A stretch of DNA of 64,000 bases from Octopus sinensis (GCF_006345805.1 NC_043022.1:3162001-3226000), one strand, 5' to 3'. Shown: positions 25,239-37,917, counted from the first letter of the stretch. The notes: generated by a model from the sequence alone, not told the origin. Made by a program: numbers and translations.

Positions 25239-25889
25239 CACTGCAAATTATATCTGTAGATTCTGTATTTCTCTGCTGTACATGCAGAGATTAAAGCACC
25301 AGAGTGTATAACGTTTACCGTATATATACACAAACTTGGAACGGAACGGCTTTAGGTTTTTGTACCCCAAACACATCGCCCACAGACGTTCTGAGCGAAG
25401 CCATATATTTTTTTTAACACTTGAGTTTTGAGGAGTTTCTCAGAGACCCAATATTGTAGCTTGTGTCGATCCAGTCTGCGTATATATATTGTTTTACACG
25501 CAGGTATTTTATTGCTTGTTTTCATCAACTTGTTGTTTGCGCATTGAAGTAACCCACACCTCACCAAAATATTTCCACGCCTCCACCTTTACAAAGCCTC
25601 CAAGACGGATGGGAGGGTGACGGAGGAGTATCCTCGAACCAGTGACGTGGCTACAGTGCTTGCAGCAGAGTGGATTCCGCTAAAGGTACCCAAAGTGCCA
25701 GGTGGATACCATGGTTACCAGTAGCCCTCGTGACAGACCTCACAAGTGATCTGTTGTATGGTTAGAGCGTCGGCGTCTAAACCGTCACCCCCACTTGGTT
25801 TACCTGGGAAGGAGGGTTGCTGGAAACCCAGCAGCTCTAAAATCAAGGCCTATCAAAGGGACAGATGAACCCCATGTAGGTTCAATGAC

Positions 25890-26100
25890 TATCTAGCAAT
25901 AACACGGGCATCAACTGACAAAATGCTTCGCGGCATTTCGTCCCTCTTTATGTTCCAAGTTCAAATTTCACCGAGGTTGACTTTGGCATTCATCCTTTCG
26001 GAGTCGGTGTAAAATACGTACTAATTAAGCACTGGGGTCGATGTAATCAACTTGTCCCCTCCTGCAAAAGTTCAGGCCTTGTGCCGTTAGTAGAAAGCAG
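25890..26100 (+). mobile_element. SINE-B variant (B2 tail)
   Basis: Diverged head and central domain; another copy at about 26665-26885. Confidence 0.65.
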
Positions 26101-26123
26101 CATTATTATTATTATTATTATTG

Positions 26124-26430
26124 TGGAGGCACATGGCCTAGTGGTTAGGGCAACGGACTCGCGGTCGAGGGATCGCAGGTTCGAATCTTAGACCGGGCGA
26201 TGTGTGTGTTTATGAGCGAAACACCTGAGCTCCACGCAGCTCCAGCAGAGGGTGATTGCAAACTTCAGCTGACTGTTTCGCCAGAACTTTCTCTCCCTCT
26301 TTCCTTCTGCATCTTGCAGCTCACCTGCGATGGACCGGCGTCCCGTCCAGGTGGGGAACCTTATACGCCAAGGAAACCAGGAAACCGGCCCTTATGAGCC
26401 AGGCATGGCTCGAGAAGGAACAAACTAAAC
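26124..26430 (+). mobile_element. SINE-D
   Basis: tRNA-like head GTGGAGGCACATGGCCTAGTGG...GGTTCGAATC; inserted in (ATT)n. Confidence 0.85.
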
Positions 26431-26446
26431 ATTATTATTATTATTA

Positions 26447-26658
26447 ATGTGGAGGCACATGGACTCGTGGTCGAGGGATCGCAGGTTCGAATCTCAGACC
26501 GGGCGATGTGTGTGTTTATGAGTGAAACACCTAAGCTCCACACGGCTCCAGCAGAAGGTGATTGCAAACTTCAGCTGACTGTTTCGCCACAACTTTCTCT
26601 CCCTCTTTCCTCCTGCATCTTGCAGCTCACCGGCGTCCCATCCAGGTGGGGAACCTTA
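26447..26658 (+). mobile_element. SINE-D second, deleted copy
   Basis: Same sequence with deletions and 3' truncation. Confidence 0.8.
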
Positions 26659-26939
26659 TTATTAAGAGGGCTAACTTGCTGAGTCGTTAGCATGCCGGGC
26701 AAAATGCTTAGCGGCATTTCACCCGTCTGCACGATCTGATTTCAAATTCCGTTGAAGTGGACTTTACCTTTTATTTTTTTCAGGGTCGATAAATGAAGTA
26801 CCAGTAAACTACTGAGGTCGATGTAATCGACTATTCCCTTTCCCAAAAATCAAGACTTTGTGCCTATAATAAAAAGGATTATTATTAAGTTGGTGAGCTG
26901 ACCCTCAAAATTTCAGACCTTGTGCTTTCCGGAGAAAGG

Positions 26940-26950
26940 CTTATTATTAT

Positions 26951-26992
<42 letters not shown>

Positions 26993-28135
26993 TAGGTTTT
27001 CGACTTACAAGATGTTGACATCGTTTAATCCACCCCCCCCCTCCGTTATATCTTGAGTTGTCATCATCGTTTACATCACCGACCCACCACCTCATCTCAT
27101 CCTCATCACCTTCATCCTCATCACCGCCACCAACCTCACCATCCGCCTCTACCCCGCCCTCACGAATTTCATCATCGCCAATTTCGCCACAGCGAGTAAC
27201 CCCACCATAGCCACCACCACCAATCACACCACCACCACCATCAACACCCCCACCGCCATCAACACCCCCACCCCCCTATCTCACCGTCAGTTTCATCATC
27301 GCCAACTTTACCATCGCCACTAATCCCCCGCCACTGCCACTAACTTCCCCATCATCGTTGTTGTCACCCCCACCCCCTTCACAGCCATCAGCCTCATTAC
27401 CACCACCACCGACATCACCACCGAAAGCTTCCTCTCTCCCTCCTTAAATCCATCTCTGTTGTTTAATTTTCATTATCAGTCTCTCATCCAATGACAAGAG
27501 TTGCTCTCCAGTTGAATTTCATCTTTTTAAGCCTTCCCCCGCCACCACCACCATCATTACTGCAGCCACCACCTGACTAAATCTCCACCCCCACCACCGA
27601 CACTACCACCACTATCATCATAACGCTACCACCGCCATCACCAACACTACCAACGTCACCATCATCACCACAACTATCATCACAACGCTACCACCACCAC
27701 CACCAACACTACCACCTACACCACCAACGTCACCAGCACCGCCACCACCCGCTACCACCATCACCACCACTATCATTACAACGCTACCACCACCACCAAC
27801 ACTACCACCAACACCACCAACGTCACCAGCACCGCCACCACCACCACCACCATCATCACCAAATCTCCACGACCAAATTTTCAAACGCTACCACCACCAC
27901 CACCACCAACGTCACCAGCACCGCCACCACCACCACCATCATCACCAACATCACCAACACCACCGTCACTATCACCACGACCACCACCATCATCACCATG
28001 ACCAAGACCACCGCCAACACCACCACTACCGCTACAAGTACTACCGCCATCACCACCATCACTACCACCGCTACCATTATCACCGCGACCATCACACCTT
28101 CCATCGCCGCTACCACCCTCACCCGCACAGTTGTC
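26940..28135. repeat. (ATT)n then (CAC/CAT/CAA)n low-complexity tract
   Basis: Directly visible. Confidence 0.9.
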
Positions 28136-28892
28136 AGATTGTCATGTCAATCAGGAAAAACCCGCTTCGGTGCTAGACTCGCTGGCAATGGCGTTTAACT
28201 AAACCACGTTGACAAATTACCCTTTTTTTTTGTCTCTATAATTTCAACTGCCGTTGGTTTGCTTGTTTTGAAGGTGGCGGGAGATGATGAGTATTGGATG
28301 GATGGAAAAGGAGGGGCGTGAGTGAAATAACGGTTATTTAACGTGGATTTCACCGTGCAATTATCTGCTCAACAGGTTTTTGTGAGTTGGGGGCGGAATT
28401 TGTTCTGCAAGCAATTTAGATATCACTGCATCAGCAATGAGTCTTTGGCGAGGTCACACATGTGGTTCTCTGTCTACACAAGTCCAGCTACAATATTTAT
28501 TTCACTAGTGATTTAACAATATATATATGTATGTATATATAGTTGAAATTTACAGGAAAACAAAAGACAAACACAGGTGTCGATAAATTAAGTACCAGTT
28601 ACGCACTGGGGTAGAAATATAATCGACTTAATCCGTTTGTCTGTCTTTGTTTGTCCTCTCTGTGTTTAGCCCCTTGTGGGTAGTAAAGAAATAGGTATTC
28701 GCCTCGGGAGAGCAAATCTCATAGACGTACAGTGTTAGAAACAAAAGCAACTGAAACATATCAGGAGCAAACGAAAATCTTGTGGCTGCGGTGGTGGACA
28801 ATTGCTAAACGAGCGTTTCTGACTCTCTGGTCTTGATCTCGTGCTTTATAATTTTTTTTTTTTTTACTAATGAACTACTAAATAAATTAGAA

Positions 28893-29230
28893 TGAAGGCA
28901 CATGGCTCAGTGGTTAGAGCGTCGAGCTTACGATCGTGAGGTTGTGAGCTCGAATCCCAGACAGGGCTGCATGTTGTGTTCTTGAGCAAGGCACTTTATT
29001 TCACGTTGCTCCAGTTCACTCAGCTGTAGAAATGAGTTGTGATGTCACTGGTGCCAAGATGTATCGACCTTTGCCTTTCCTTGGATAACACTGGTGGCGT
29101 GGAGAGGGGAGGCCGGTATGCATGGGCGACTGCTGGTCTTCCATAAAAAAAAAAAACCACCTTGCCCAGACTTGTGACTAGGAGGGTAGCTTTCTAGGTG
29201 CAATCCCATGGTCAGTGTCGTGACCGAAGG
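28893..29230 (+). mobile_element. SINE-F (tRNA head, CORE-like domain, distinct tail)
   Basis: TGGCTCAGTGG A-box; TTCTTGAGCAAGGCACTTTATTTCACGTTGCTCCAG shared with SINE-G. Confidence 0.75.
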
Positions 29231-29498
29231 GGGTCCCGGATCCCGGAATTACTATAATGTGAAAACATGTGGTCGATGGTCAAAGTCTTGAGTAAACGAT
29301 CATAAAATGGTGCGTTGTGTCCGTCAGCAAAATATTTAAATTTTCACGTTGCATCTGTTGAAAAGTTTCGGGAAGCAGGGGGTTCACTTTGTAGCCGACT
29401 GGCTTTGTTTCTCTCTCCCTACTCTCTCTCTCTCTCTCTCTTTTCCCTACACACACACACTCTCTCTTTCTCTCGACTCTCAGCCTCTACTACCTATC

Positions 29499-29883
29499 GT
29501 GGAGGCGCAATGGCCCAGTGGTTAGGGCAGCGAACTCGCGGTCATAGGATCGCGGTTTCGATTCCCAGACCGGGCGTTGTGAGTGTTTATTGAGCGAAAA
29601 CACCTAAAAAGCTCCACGAGGCTCCGGCAGGGATGGTGGTGATCCCTGCTGTACTCTTTCACCACAACTTTCTCTCACTCTTACTTCCTGTTTCTGTTGT
29701 ACCTGTATTTCAAGGGGCCGGCCCTGTCACTCTCTGTGTCACGCTGAATATCCCCAAGAACTACGTTAAGGGTGCACGTGTCTGTGGAGTGCTCAGCCAC
29801 TTACACGTTAATTTCACGAGCAGGCTGTTCCGTTGATTCGGATCAACCGGAACCCTCGGCGTCGTAACCGACGGAGTGCTTCC
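29499..29883 (+). mobile_element. SINE-C, full length
   Basis: TSD ACTACCTATC at 29489-29498 and 29884-29893. Confidence 0.92.
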
Positions 29884-30398
29884 ACTACCTATCACCTTCT
29901 CTCTCTCTAAGTGCCATGCCTACAGGATTTCTTAATTCTAAAGAAGTCATTAAGTGCTTGTTAGTGACTTAATAACAAAATAAATAAATAAAAGATAATT
30001 TCAAAAAAACTTATGTCACAGAAAATTTTCATCTCCGGGGGGTGGGGAATCTGATGTTTGCTACTGGGTAGGGGGAGCAACTATGGACAGGTTTCCGTCT
30101 TCGTAAGCTTCATCAGCAACCTATAGTCTTTTAAAGCCTGCTTTTTTCAGTAGATAGAGATTTAAAAGACGGGGGATCGTCTGGTTGAGAGAACTTCCAG
30201 TTATAACATTAGAAGAGTTTTTGTTCTCACCTTAATTATATGAGATAAAAAAGTTATGAAACCAAGGAATTTTTGTGTGATAGCAACGGTAAAAATAATG
30301 AGTTATTTAGAAAATAACAATAAATATACTGCATAACAACAATAAAGATAACGAAGGTAGTTCTACGATGAACAAATGCTTTACATCTTTATAGGTTA

Positions 30399-30797
30399 CT
30401 AGCAGTATCGCCCGGCGTTGCTCAGGTTTGTAAGGGAAATAACTATATAAGCATTTTTAGAGAGTTATAGCCAAAAAATAGCAAAAAAATGCATTAAAAA
30501 TGGGAAAAAAATTATGGTAAATATTTTTTTAAATCGTTGACTCATCGTAGACATTTTTAGAGAGTTACTTCCCTTATATAATAGCGAAAAAATGCATTAA
30601 AATGGAAAAAAAATGATGGTAAATTTTTTTTTAAATCGTAGACGCATCGTAGATGCGCGCTAATACCCAGAAGGGCTCGATATGAATCACGACTATAAGA
30701 TACCCGGTTTTGGTTAAACTGCACCGCAAAATGTGGGAGTAGTTAGGAATCTAAATCGTAGGAGACAGACACACAACTTCTCTTTTATATATAAAGA
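30399..30797 (-). mobile_element. Non-autonomous Helitron N3
   Basis: On -: A|TCTTTATATATAAAAG start, GAGCAACGCCGGG hairpin, CTAG|T end. Confidence 0.9.
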
Positions 30798-30974
30798 TAT
30801 ACGGTAGTGTACGTACGTGCACTTGACAACATCAAAGCTGAATAAGACCCTACTTGCTCGAAATATTGACACTTCAAGTGTCACGCACTTTTAGATTTTC
30901 ATTTAGCGTAAAAGAGAACTAACTGAATATATGCTTGTATTAATTAATAATGATATCTTAATGGGGATGTTGCT

Positions 30975-31200
30975 TTCAAGTGTTGCGTACGCTCAATGTA
31001 GTTCTCAGGGAGATTCAGAGTGACACAGAATGGGACAAGGCTGGTCCCTTTTTGAATTACGGGTACAACTCATTTTTGCCAGTTGAGTGGACTGAAGAAA
31101 TGTGGAATAAAGTGTCTTGCTGGAGGACACAAAGCACCGCCGGGTATCGATCTTGCGACGTTACAATCGTGAGCCGAATGCCCTAACGACTTAGCCATGG
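30975..31200 (-). mobile_element. SINE-G, diverged
   Basis: Head, CORE-like domain and part of the tail. Confidence 0.7.
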
Positions 31201-31464
31201 TTTACTTTGATGGTGAACGGAATCCGTCACCCAGTTTGACACCTTGGATGTCTTTAGTCGAGTCTACTCTGTTGCAAGCATCTGGGCCCCAGTTTCTTGT
31301 TTGGGGAGCTCTTCCTTCTTCCCTCCCATGTGATACGAGGAGGGAGGACCCCGTCAAAGGTCGGGGGGGGGCACTGCTTCCCACCCCTCTGTCTAAGTAG
31401 ATAAAAATAACTTCAGACGAGCTGGGACATTTGTAACAAATGCGGTTTGAGCAATTTGGTCATG

Positions 31465-31779
31465 GTCACTCTCTCTCTCTCTCTTTCTTTCTCCTTTTCT
31501 CTCCTGTATGTTTCTCCCTCTCTCTTTCTTTCTCCTTTTCTCTCCTGTATGTTTCTCCCTCTCTCTTTCTCCTATCAGTGTGTCTGTCTCTCTGCTTGTC
31601 TCTCACGTCTTTCTTTTTCTCTCTCTCTCTCTCTCACCAGTCTCTTTGTCTCTCTCCGTCTGCCCCTCTCTCCCCCTCTCTTTCTTTCTCTCTCTCTCTC
31701 TCTCACCAGTCTCTTTGTCTCTCTCTCTCTGTTTTTGTCTGTCTGCCTCTTCTCTATCTTTGTCTTTCTGCCTCTCTCC

Positions 31780-31825
<46 letters not shown>

Positions 31826-31935
31826 TATATATATCATCTATCTATCTGTCTATCTTGCCTTTCTTCTCTGCTTGTCTCTCTGTCTTTCCCCGTATATACG
31901 TTTCTCTTACTCTCCCTCTCGCCCCCATCTCTCCC
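31465..31935. repeat. CT-rich low-complexity tract with (TA)n
   Basis: Directly visible. Confidence 0.9.
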
Positions 31936-32321
31936 TACGTACTGCTGACTCATTAGCAAATTAGCAACTCTCATTATCTCCCAATCACTGGAGTCTGTAT
32001 TCTCTGTCCTCACTGATTACCGTAAGATTAAACAATCAACGCTTACCAACACTAACATTGAGCTGCCGTTAATGCCCGATAAATACCATCGTTGCGTTGT
32101 TCATTACGAAGACCAAGCCGCAGACATGTCTTCTTAATTTCTCTGCTAATTACTTGCAACCACAAATTGGAATTCTTTGAAGTTCATGCACTGCATGTCT
32201 TTGAATCTATTCTCTCCAATTTTTTTCTTTTTATCCTGTTTGTTCTTGTTGTAATATTACCTGAAGTTTACCTTTTCAAATATGGTTCTCCTGAAAATAT
32301 ATAAAGCAAATATTACACATA

Positions 32322-32730
32322 GGCGCAGGAGTGGCTGTGTGGTAAGTAGCTTGCTAACCAACCACATGGTTCCAGGTTCAGTCCCACTGCGTGGCACCTT
32401 GGACAAGTGTCTTCTGCTATAGTCCCGGGCCGACCAATGCTTTGTGAGTGGATTTGGTAGACGGAAACTGAAAGAAGCCTGTCGTATATATGTATATATA
32501 TATATATAAGTGTGTGTTTGTGTGTCTGTGTTTGTCCCCCTAGCATTGCTTGACAACAGATACTGGTATGTTTACGTCCCCGTCACTTAGCGGTTCGGCA
32601 AAAGAGACCGATAGAATAAGTACTGGGCTTACAAAGAATAAGTCCTGGGGTCGATTTGCTCGACTAAAGGCGGTGCTCCAGCATGGCCGCAGTCAAATGA
32701 CTGAAACAAGTAAAAGAGTAAAGAGTAAGA
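32322..32730 (+). mobile_element. SINE-A, full length
   Basis: Consensus-like head to AAGAGTAAAGAG tail. Confidence 0.92.
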
Positions 32731-33106
32731 GTATATAAAGCTGAAGTAGTCTGTATGTGGCAGGTTTGGTAGGCTTCAACTAACACTATCTCCTCCGAGA
32801 CCCTGCGGCGCAAGTTGATCAAAATTGAGAGTATGATAGAAGAAGGCTTGCTCTTCATTCCGTAGAAGAAAAAATTCAAATCAGACCATGTTAACACCAA
32901 AAATTATTTACTGCCTTCTTTCTATGAAAATCCCTATTTTTTAATGATTTTTTGACTGCTGTGTCGCCATTTTTCGGTGTATTTCGACCAGGAAAATGTT
33001 CACTCAAAGAGAATAACAAGCTACATAATGCAAAATTTTTACTTTTCAAAAATTCCAATTCTAAAGGGTCAAAACAAACTCGAGCAACGCCGGGTGATGC
33101 TGCTAG
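32731..33106 (+). mobile_element. Non-autonomous Helitron N4 (5' TC not visible)
   Basis: TATATAAAGCTGAAG...CTGT start; CGAGCAACGCCGGGTGATGCTGCTAG|T end. Confidence 0.75.
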
Positions 33107-33669
33107 TAAACTTGAAATGTAATACCATTGAATATTTTTCATCTTTTATCTTTCGCTTGCTTCGGTCATTGGACTGCGGCCACACTGGAGCACTGCCTTG
33201 ACGGGTTGTGGTCGAACAGATTCACACCGGTCCTATTTGTTTTTCTTGTTTCGATCATTGAACTGTAGCCATGCTGGAGCACTGCCTTAACGGGCTTTGG
33301 CCGAACAGATGGACCCCAGTATTTCTTTGTTTTTTCAAAGTCTGATATTCTATTGTTCTCTTTTGCTGAACTGCTAATTTACGGGGACGTAAAGAAACCA
33401 ACACCGTTTGCCAGGGAGTTGTGGTACACAAACACAGAAACGGCACGAACATGTATACACATACACCCCCCCACACACACACACGCACACATACACATGA
33501 TGATTTTCTACACAGTTCGTATCTACCAAACTCAGTCAAAAGGTATAACGCGGCCCAGGGCTATAATAGAAAACTGCGTGGCATCTTGGGCAAGTGTCTT
33601 CTACTATAGCCTTGAACCGACCAAAGCCTTGTGAGTGGATTTGGTAGACGGAAACTGAAAGAAGTCTGT

Positions 33670-33711
<42 letters not shown>

Positions 33712-33716
33712 ATATA

Positions 33717-33744
<28 letters not shown>

Positions 33745-33747
<3 letters not shown>

Positions 33748-34025
33748 TTCTTTGTAAGCCTAGTACTTATTCTATCGGCCTCTCTGCCAAACCGCTAAGT
33801 GACGGGGACGTAAACACGCCATCATCGGTTGTCAAGCGATGTTGGAGGACAAACACAGACACACAAATATATACATACACACACACACACATACGACGGG
33901 CTTCTTTCAGTTTCCGTCTACCAAATCCAGTCACAAGGCTTTGGTCGGCCCAAGGTGCCATGCAGTGGGACTGAACCCGGAACCGTGTGGTTTGTAAGCA
34001 AGTTACTTACCACACAGCCACACAC
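33745..34025 (-). mobile_element. SINE-A partial
   Basis: Middle and head with a deletion; further old fragments at about 33140-33680. Confidence 0.8.
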
Positions 34026-34221
34026 ACACATATATATAAACACCTTTTGAATCTTGACCTTTCCTGAAACCTCCCTGACGCACAAGCAATATCATATACG
34101 CGCATGTGTGTAAGTATTGTATCAAAGAACGACAGACTGTTGGTGGTTTCTTAGTAAGACGCAAGACTCCGCAAGTGCGTTCCCTCACGAATCCAACAAG
34201 TTTAGTCGCAGATTTACACAT

Positions 34222-34385
34222 AAGCACAGGAGTGGCTGTGTGGTAAGTAGCTTGCTAACCAACCACATGGTTCCGGGTTCAATCCCACTGCGTGGCATCT
34301 TGGGCAAGTGTCTTCTGCTATAGCCCCGGGCCGACCAAAGCCTTGTGAGTGGATTTGGTAGACGGAAACTGAAAGAAGCCTGTCG

Positions 34386-34418
<33 letters not shown>

Positions 34419-34620
34419 TTGTGTGTCTGTGTTTGTTCCCCTAGCATTGCTTGACAACCGATGCTGGTGTGTTTACGTCCCCATTATTTAGCGGTTCGGC
34501 AATAGAATAAGTACTGGGCTTACAAAAAGAATAAGTCCCGGTGTCGAGTTGCTCGACTAAAGGCGGTGCTCCAGCATGGCCGCAGTCAAATGACTGAAAC
34601 AAGTAAAAAAGAGTAAAGAG
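34222..34620 (+). mobile_element. SINE-A, full length
   Basis: Consensus-like. Confidence 0.9.
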
Positions 34621-36726
34621 TATAAGCGATTCCAGAGGAAGAAAACCAAAAAGACTGCCTATAAATAGAACCTGACATGAACATGCGGAAATTCCAGTTA
34701 AAAACGTGAATCATACCCAACTGTCACTAGATTGCTGGTTGTGATTTGAAGGAGAATTACCTGAATTTTCTTGCAGGTGGGTTGACGAGTTGCATGTTGT
34801 AGCATTTCTCAGTTGTTATTTCCCAGAACTCAGACTTCCGCGAGAACTAGTAGTTAATATTTAGGCTAATGGATGCGATTACGTGTTTGTGCTTAATTTT
34901 TTATTCGTAATATGTGTAATATGTACAGGGCAGAATCTTCTGTATAAACAGGAACCTTCTGGTATCTGTAGATAGTAAGGAGACGCTGTAAGAAATACAG
35001 TGACCTACGAAGGAGCAGACCCTTAAACTGCGATGCGATGTGCAGTGACACGTTCTCCGGTTTCGACCTTGCTGCAAAGCCGAGGATTGCCATCCATGAT
35101 GTAGAAAAAAGATAAATGAATAACCGACGGAGTACCTGTCAAGATTCTTAAACAGTCTTTATGGCATCTGATGAGTTTAGCAATGCCAAATGTCTGAAAG
35201 ACATTTTTATGATGTGTTTAATAGAATAATAAAAGAAATCGTTAGCAATATTTGAAGGTGCCTCGGACAAAGTGCTAGCAGGTAATTCTTGCGGTTCTTC
35301 ACGTTCCGAGTTCAAATAAATATAGGAGCTATCAGATTGCGCTGGTCGCCGTCGTCAACATCTCGGGTGTTCTCGGACCCCTCAAGGCTGATTTCCTCTG
35401 CAAAAATAGGGGTAACTTCAACACGTCTAGGAAATGGGTCCAAGCATGATGGGGGTGATTGCTGCAGCGAGTGTCGCCGACCATTCTCCATAGCAACGCT
35501 ATCGCAGTCATGTCTGTAGGGCACAGCTGAACACGACCTTTGTTCTGGGGTGTATTCTCTCCTCTCCCTCCCTTCTCCTCCCCTTCTGTCGCTTAATTCC
35601 ACCTTTTTTTTTCTTTGTCTTTGTTTCTTTGTAATTAAACTGCAATTCAAATCTTTATGGACCACCTGGAACCCTCGTCATAGCCGACAGAGCACCTGTC
35701 ATAATTCTTAAACAGTCTTTATGGCATCTGATGTGTTTAGCAATGCCAAACGTCTCAAAGACTATTTAAAAAATGGAATCTACTTCAGTTGAACGATTTG
35801 ACAGGAGCTAGCAAGCCAGAGAGCTGCACCAGGCTCGAATTGTCTGTTTTGGCATTGTTTCTAGGGTTGGATGCCCTTCTTAATACCAACCACTCTACAG
35901 AGTGTACTTGGTGCGTTTTACGTGGCACTAGCTTGGTTGCTTTGTACGTGGCATATTGGCACCAGTGTTTTAAACGTGACGCCAGGCTGGGTGCTTTTTA
36001 CATGGCACCATCATCAGTGCTTTTTACGTGACACCAGCACATAGGTATATAATGAAATAAATTCTTTTAAATATTCCATCTGTCCATCCATTTTATCTTC
36101 TCTGTATTCCTGGGAGAGTCGTGTGGGTAGAGTTCTCTGGTACCTCCTCTGTAGGGTGATATCAGATGCAACTATCATTGCACCTTCCAGGTAGATTCCC
36201 AAGTGTCACCAGCTGACACAATAGATATTATTCAATCATTTCGTTCTTGGTCAACCCGAAGATCTCCTACCATTTGGCTCAACTTGAAGAATACATCTTC
36301 CAATTCTTTCCTGTAACATTCTATTCACGTCTGTAGTACCGGAGCCGTGACCTCTCAATACAAAGAAGTAGGGGGATCAACCTGGAGAGACATCCTGAGA
36401 CTATGGACTTTAATCCAACCATCCTCTCCTTGGTAAACCACTAGATCTCCTACCGGTTGGCTCAATTTGAAAAATCCATTTTGCAATTCTCTCCTGTAAC
36501 ATTACATTCTAATCACATATCCTCAGTAGTGAAGTTGTAACCTCTCAGAGCGGAAAAGTAGTGACTTGAACTGGAGAAATTCCCATGGATATTATCCAGC
36601 TGTTTCGGTCTTTCTCTACCTCCTTGGTCTCCTTACCGGTTTTCCTCGGCTAGAAGAATCCGTCTCGTGATTCTTTCCTCTGACGTTCTAATCTCCTTTC
36701 TATAATACCAGAGCTGTAACTTCTCA

Positions 36727-37200
36727 TCATCATCATCATCATCATCATTTAACGTCCACTTTCCATGCTAGCATGGGTTGGACGGTTCAACTGGGGTCTG
36801 GGGAGCCCGAAGGCTGCACCAGGCCAGTCAGATCTGGCATTGTTTCTACAGCTGGATGCCCTTCCTAACGCCAACCACTCCGAGAGTGTAGTGGGTGATT
36901 TTATGTGCCACCGACACAGGTGCCAGACGAGGCTGGCGAACGGCCACGCTCGGATGGTGTTTTTATGTGCCACCGACACAGGTGCCAGACGAGGCTGGCG
37001 AACGGCCACGCTCGGATGGTGTTTTTATGTGCCACCGACACAGGTGCCAGACGAGGCTGACGAACGGCCACGATCGGGTGGTGTTTCTTACGTGCCCACA
37101 GCACGGAGGCCAGTCGATGCGGTACTGGCTACGGCCACGTTCGGATGGTTTTCTTGTGTGCCACCGGCACTGGTACCACAAAGATACAAATTCCATTGAA
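36727..37200 (-). mobile_element. SINE-E with (GAT)n tail and internal 62-bp repeats
   Basis: GGCGTTAGGAAGGGCATCCAGC motif on -; a degenerate copy at about 35790-36040. Confidence 0.8.
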
Positions 37201-37296
37201 TTTGATTTTGATTTGATTTGATTTGATTTTCACTTGCCTCAATGCAGAGAAATTGCTTGACCTGCAGAGTCTCTCTTTCTTGGTCTACCCTTAGGT

Positions 37297-37767
37297 GGAT
37301 CTTTTCCTTTTGAACGGCACTTTGTAACATAATTTCTAGGTAACTAAAACGTTTTGAACTTCGTATACTGGTAGAATGTGTTTATAAAACATCATTTTCT
37401 CTTGGCTTTATTGAGAAAATTCTATAGTTTGTAAGATATTTCGGCAATTTTAACCAATCAATTACCTCCATTGACGTAATTAACATTCTGTGCATAATGA
37501 ATATGTCCCTCCTTTAAAAAACAGATTGGGTTTATTTACATTTGTGAAGAAAAAAGATACCCTTCCCCAACCCCTAACCCCAACTAACCCTAACTCTAAC
37601 CCTAAATCTAAAATAGATTGAAATGCAATAGATCGATACTAGGGCCATAATTATGGGTGACATTTTCATTTGACACCGCTAAAAAAAATCCCATTTTCCG
37701 TAGTGGTGTCGTATGAAATTGTCACCCATAATTATAACCCTAGTATCGATCTAAAAGGAAAAGATCC
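37297..37767 (+). mobile_element. MITE-M with foldback 3' end, 8-bp TSD
   Basis: GGATCTTTTCCTTT / AAAGGAAAAGATCC; TSD CCTTAGGT at 37289-37296 and 37768-37775. Confidence 0.88.
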
Positions 37768-37917
37768 CCTTAGGTCTTCTGCCAGTCGATTTGCGGTTCT
37801 TTCTTGCGACATCTTAATTAATTGTCGGTAGTACCGTAGCTGAGACGTCTCAATGCGGAAATGTGGATCAACCTGGAAGATCCGAGAGCTTCTCCAGGTC
37901 TTTGAAATATTGTTAGT

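Noticed and set aside
25570-25880. Possible LINE 5' UTR remnant
   Set aside because: GC-richer and unique in the window, but no ORF or second copy supports a call
27618-28198. Gly/Val- or Thr-rich (mucin-like) ORFs, also 51548-51995
   Set aside because: Trinucleotide low-complexity DNA with no splice or domain support
29499-29575. Genuine tRNA genes
   Set aside because: A/B-box heads continue into SINE bodies, are multi-copy and lack a full cloverleaf
29633-29836. Recurrent 67-aa ORF MVVIPAVLFHHN... (also 41754, 52433, 59485)
   Set aside because: Falls inside SINE-C; recurrence reflects repeat copies, and other copies are disrupted
35385-35405. 13-nt identity GGAAATCAGCCTT between the 35-kb and 56-kb candidate exons
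   Set aside because: No similarity beyond the match; noticed post hoc
37565-37605. Telomere or interstitial telomeric array
   Set aside because: Short, degenerate and internal to the MITE-M family
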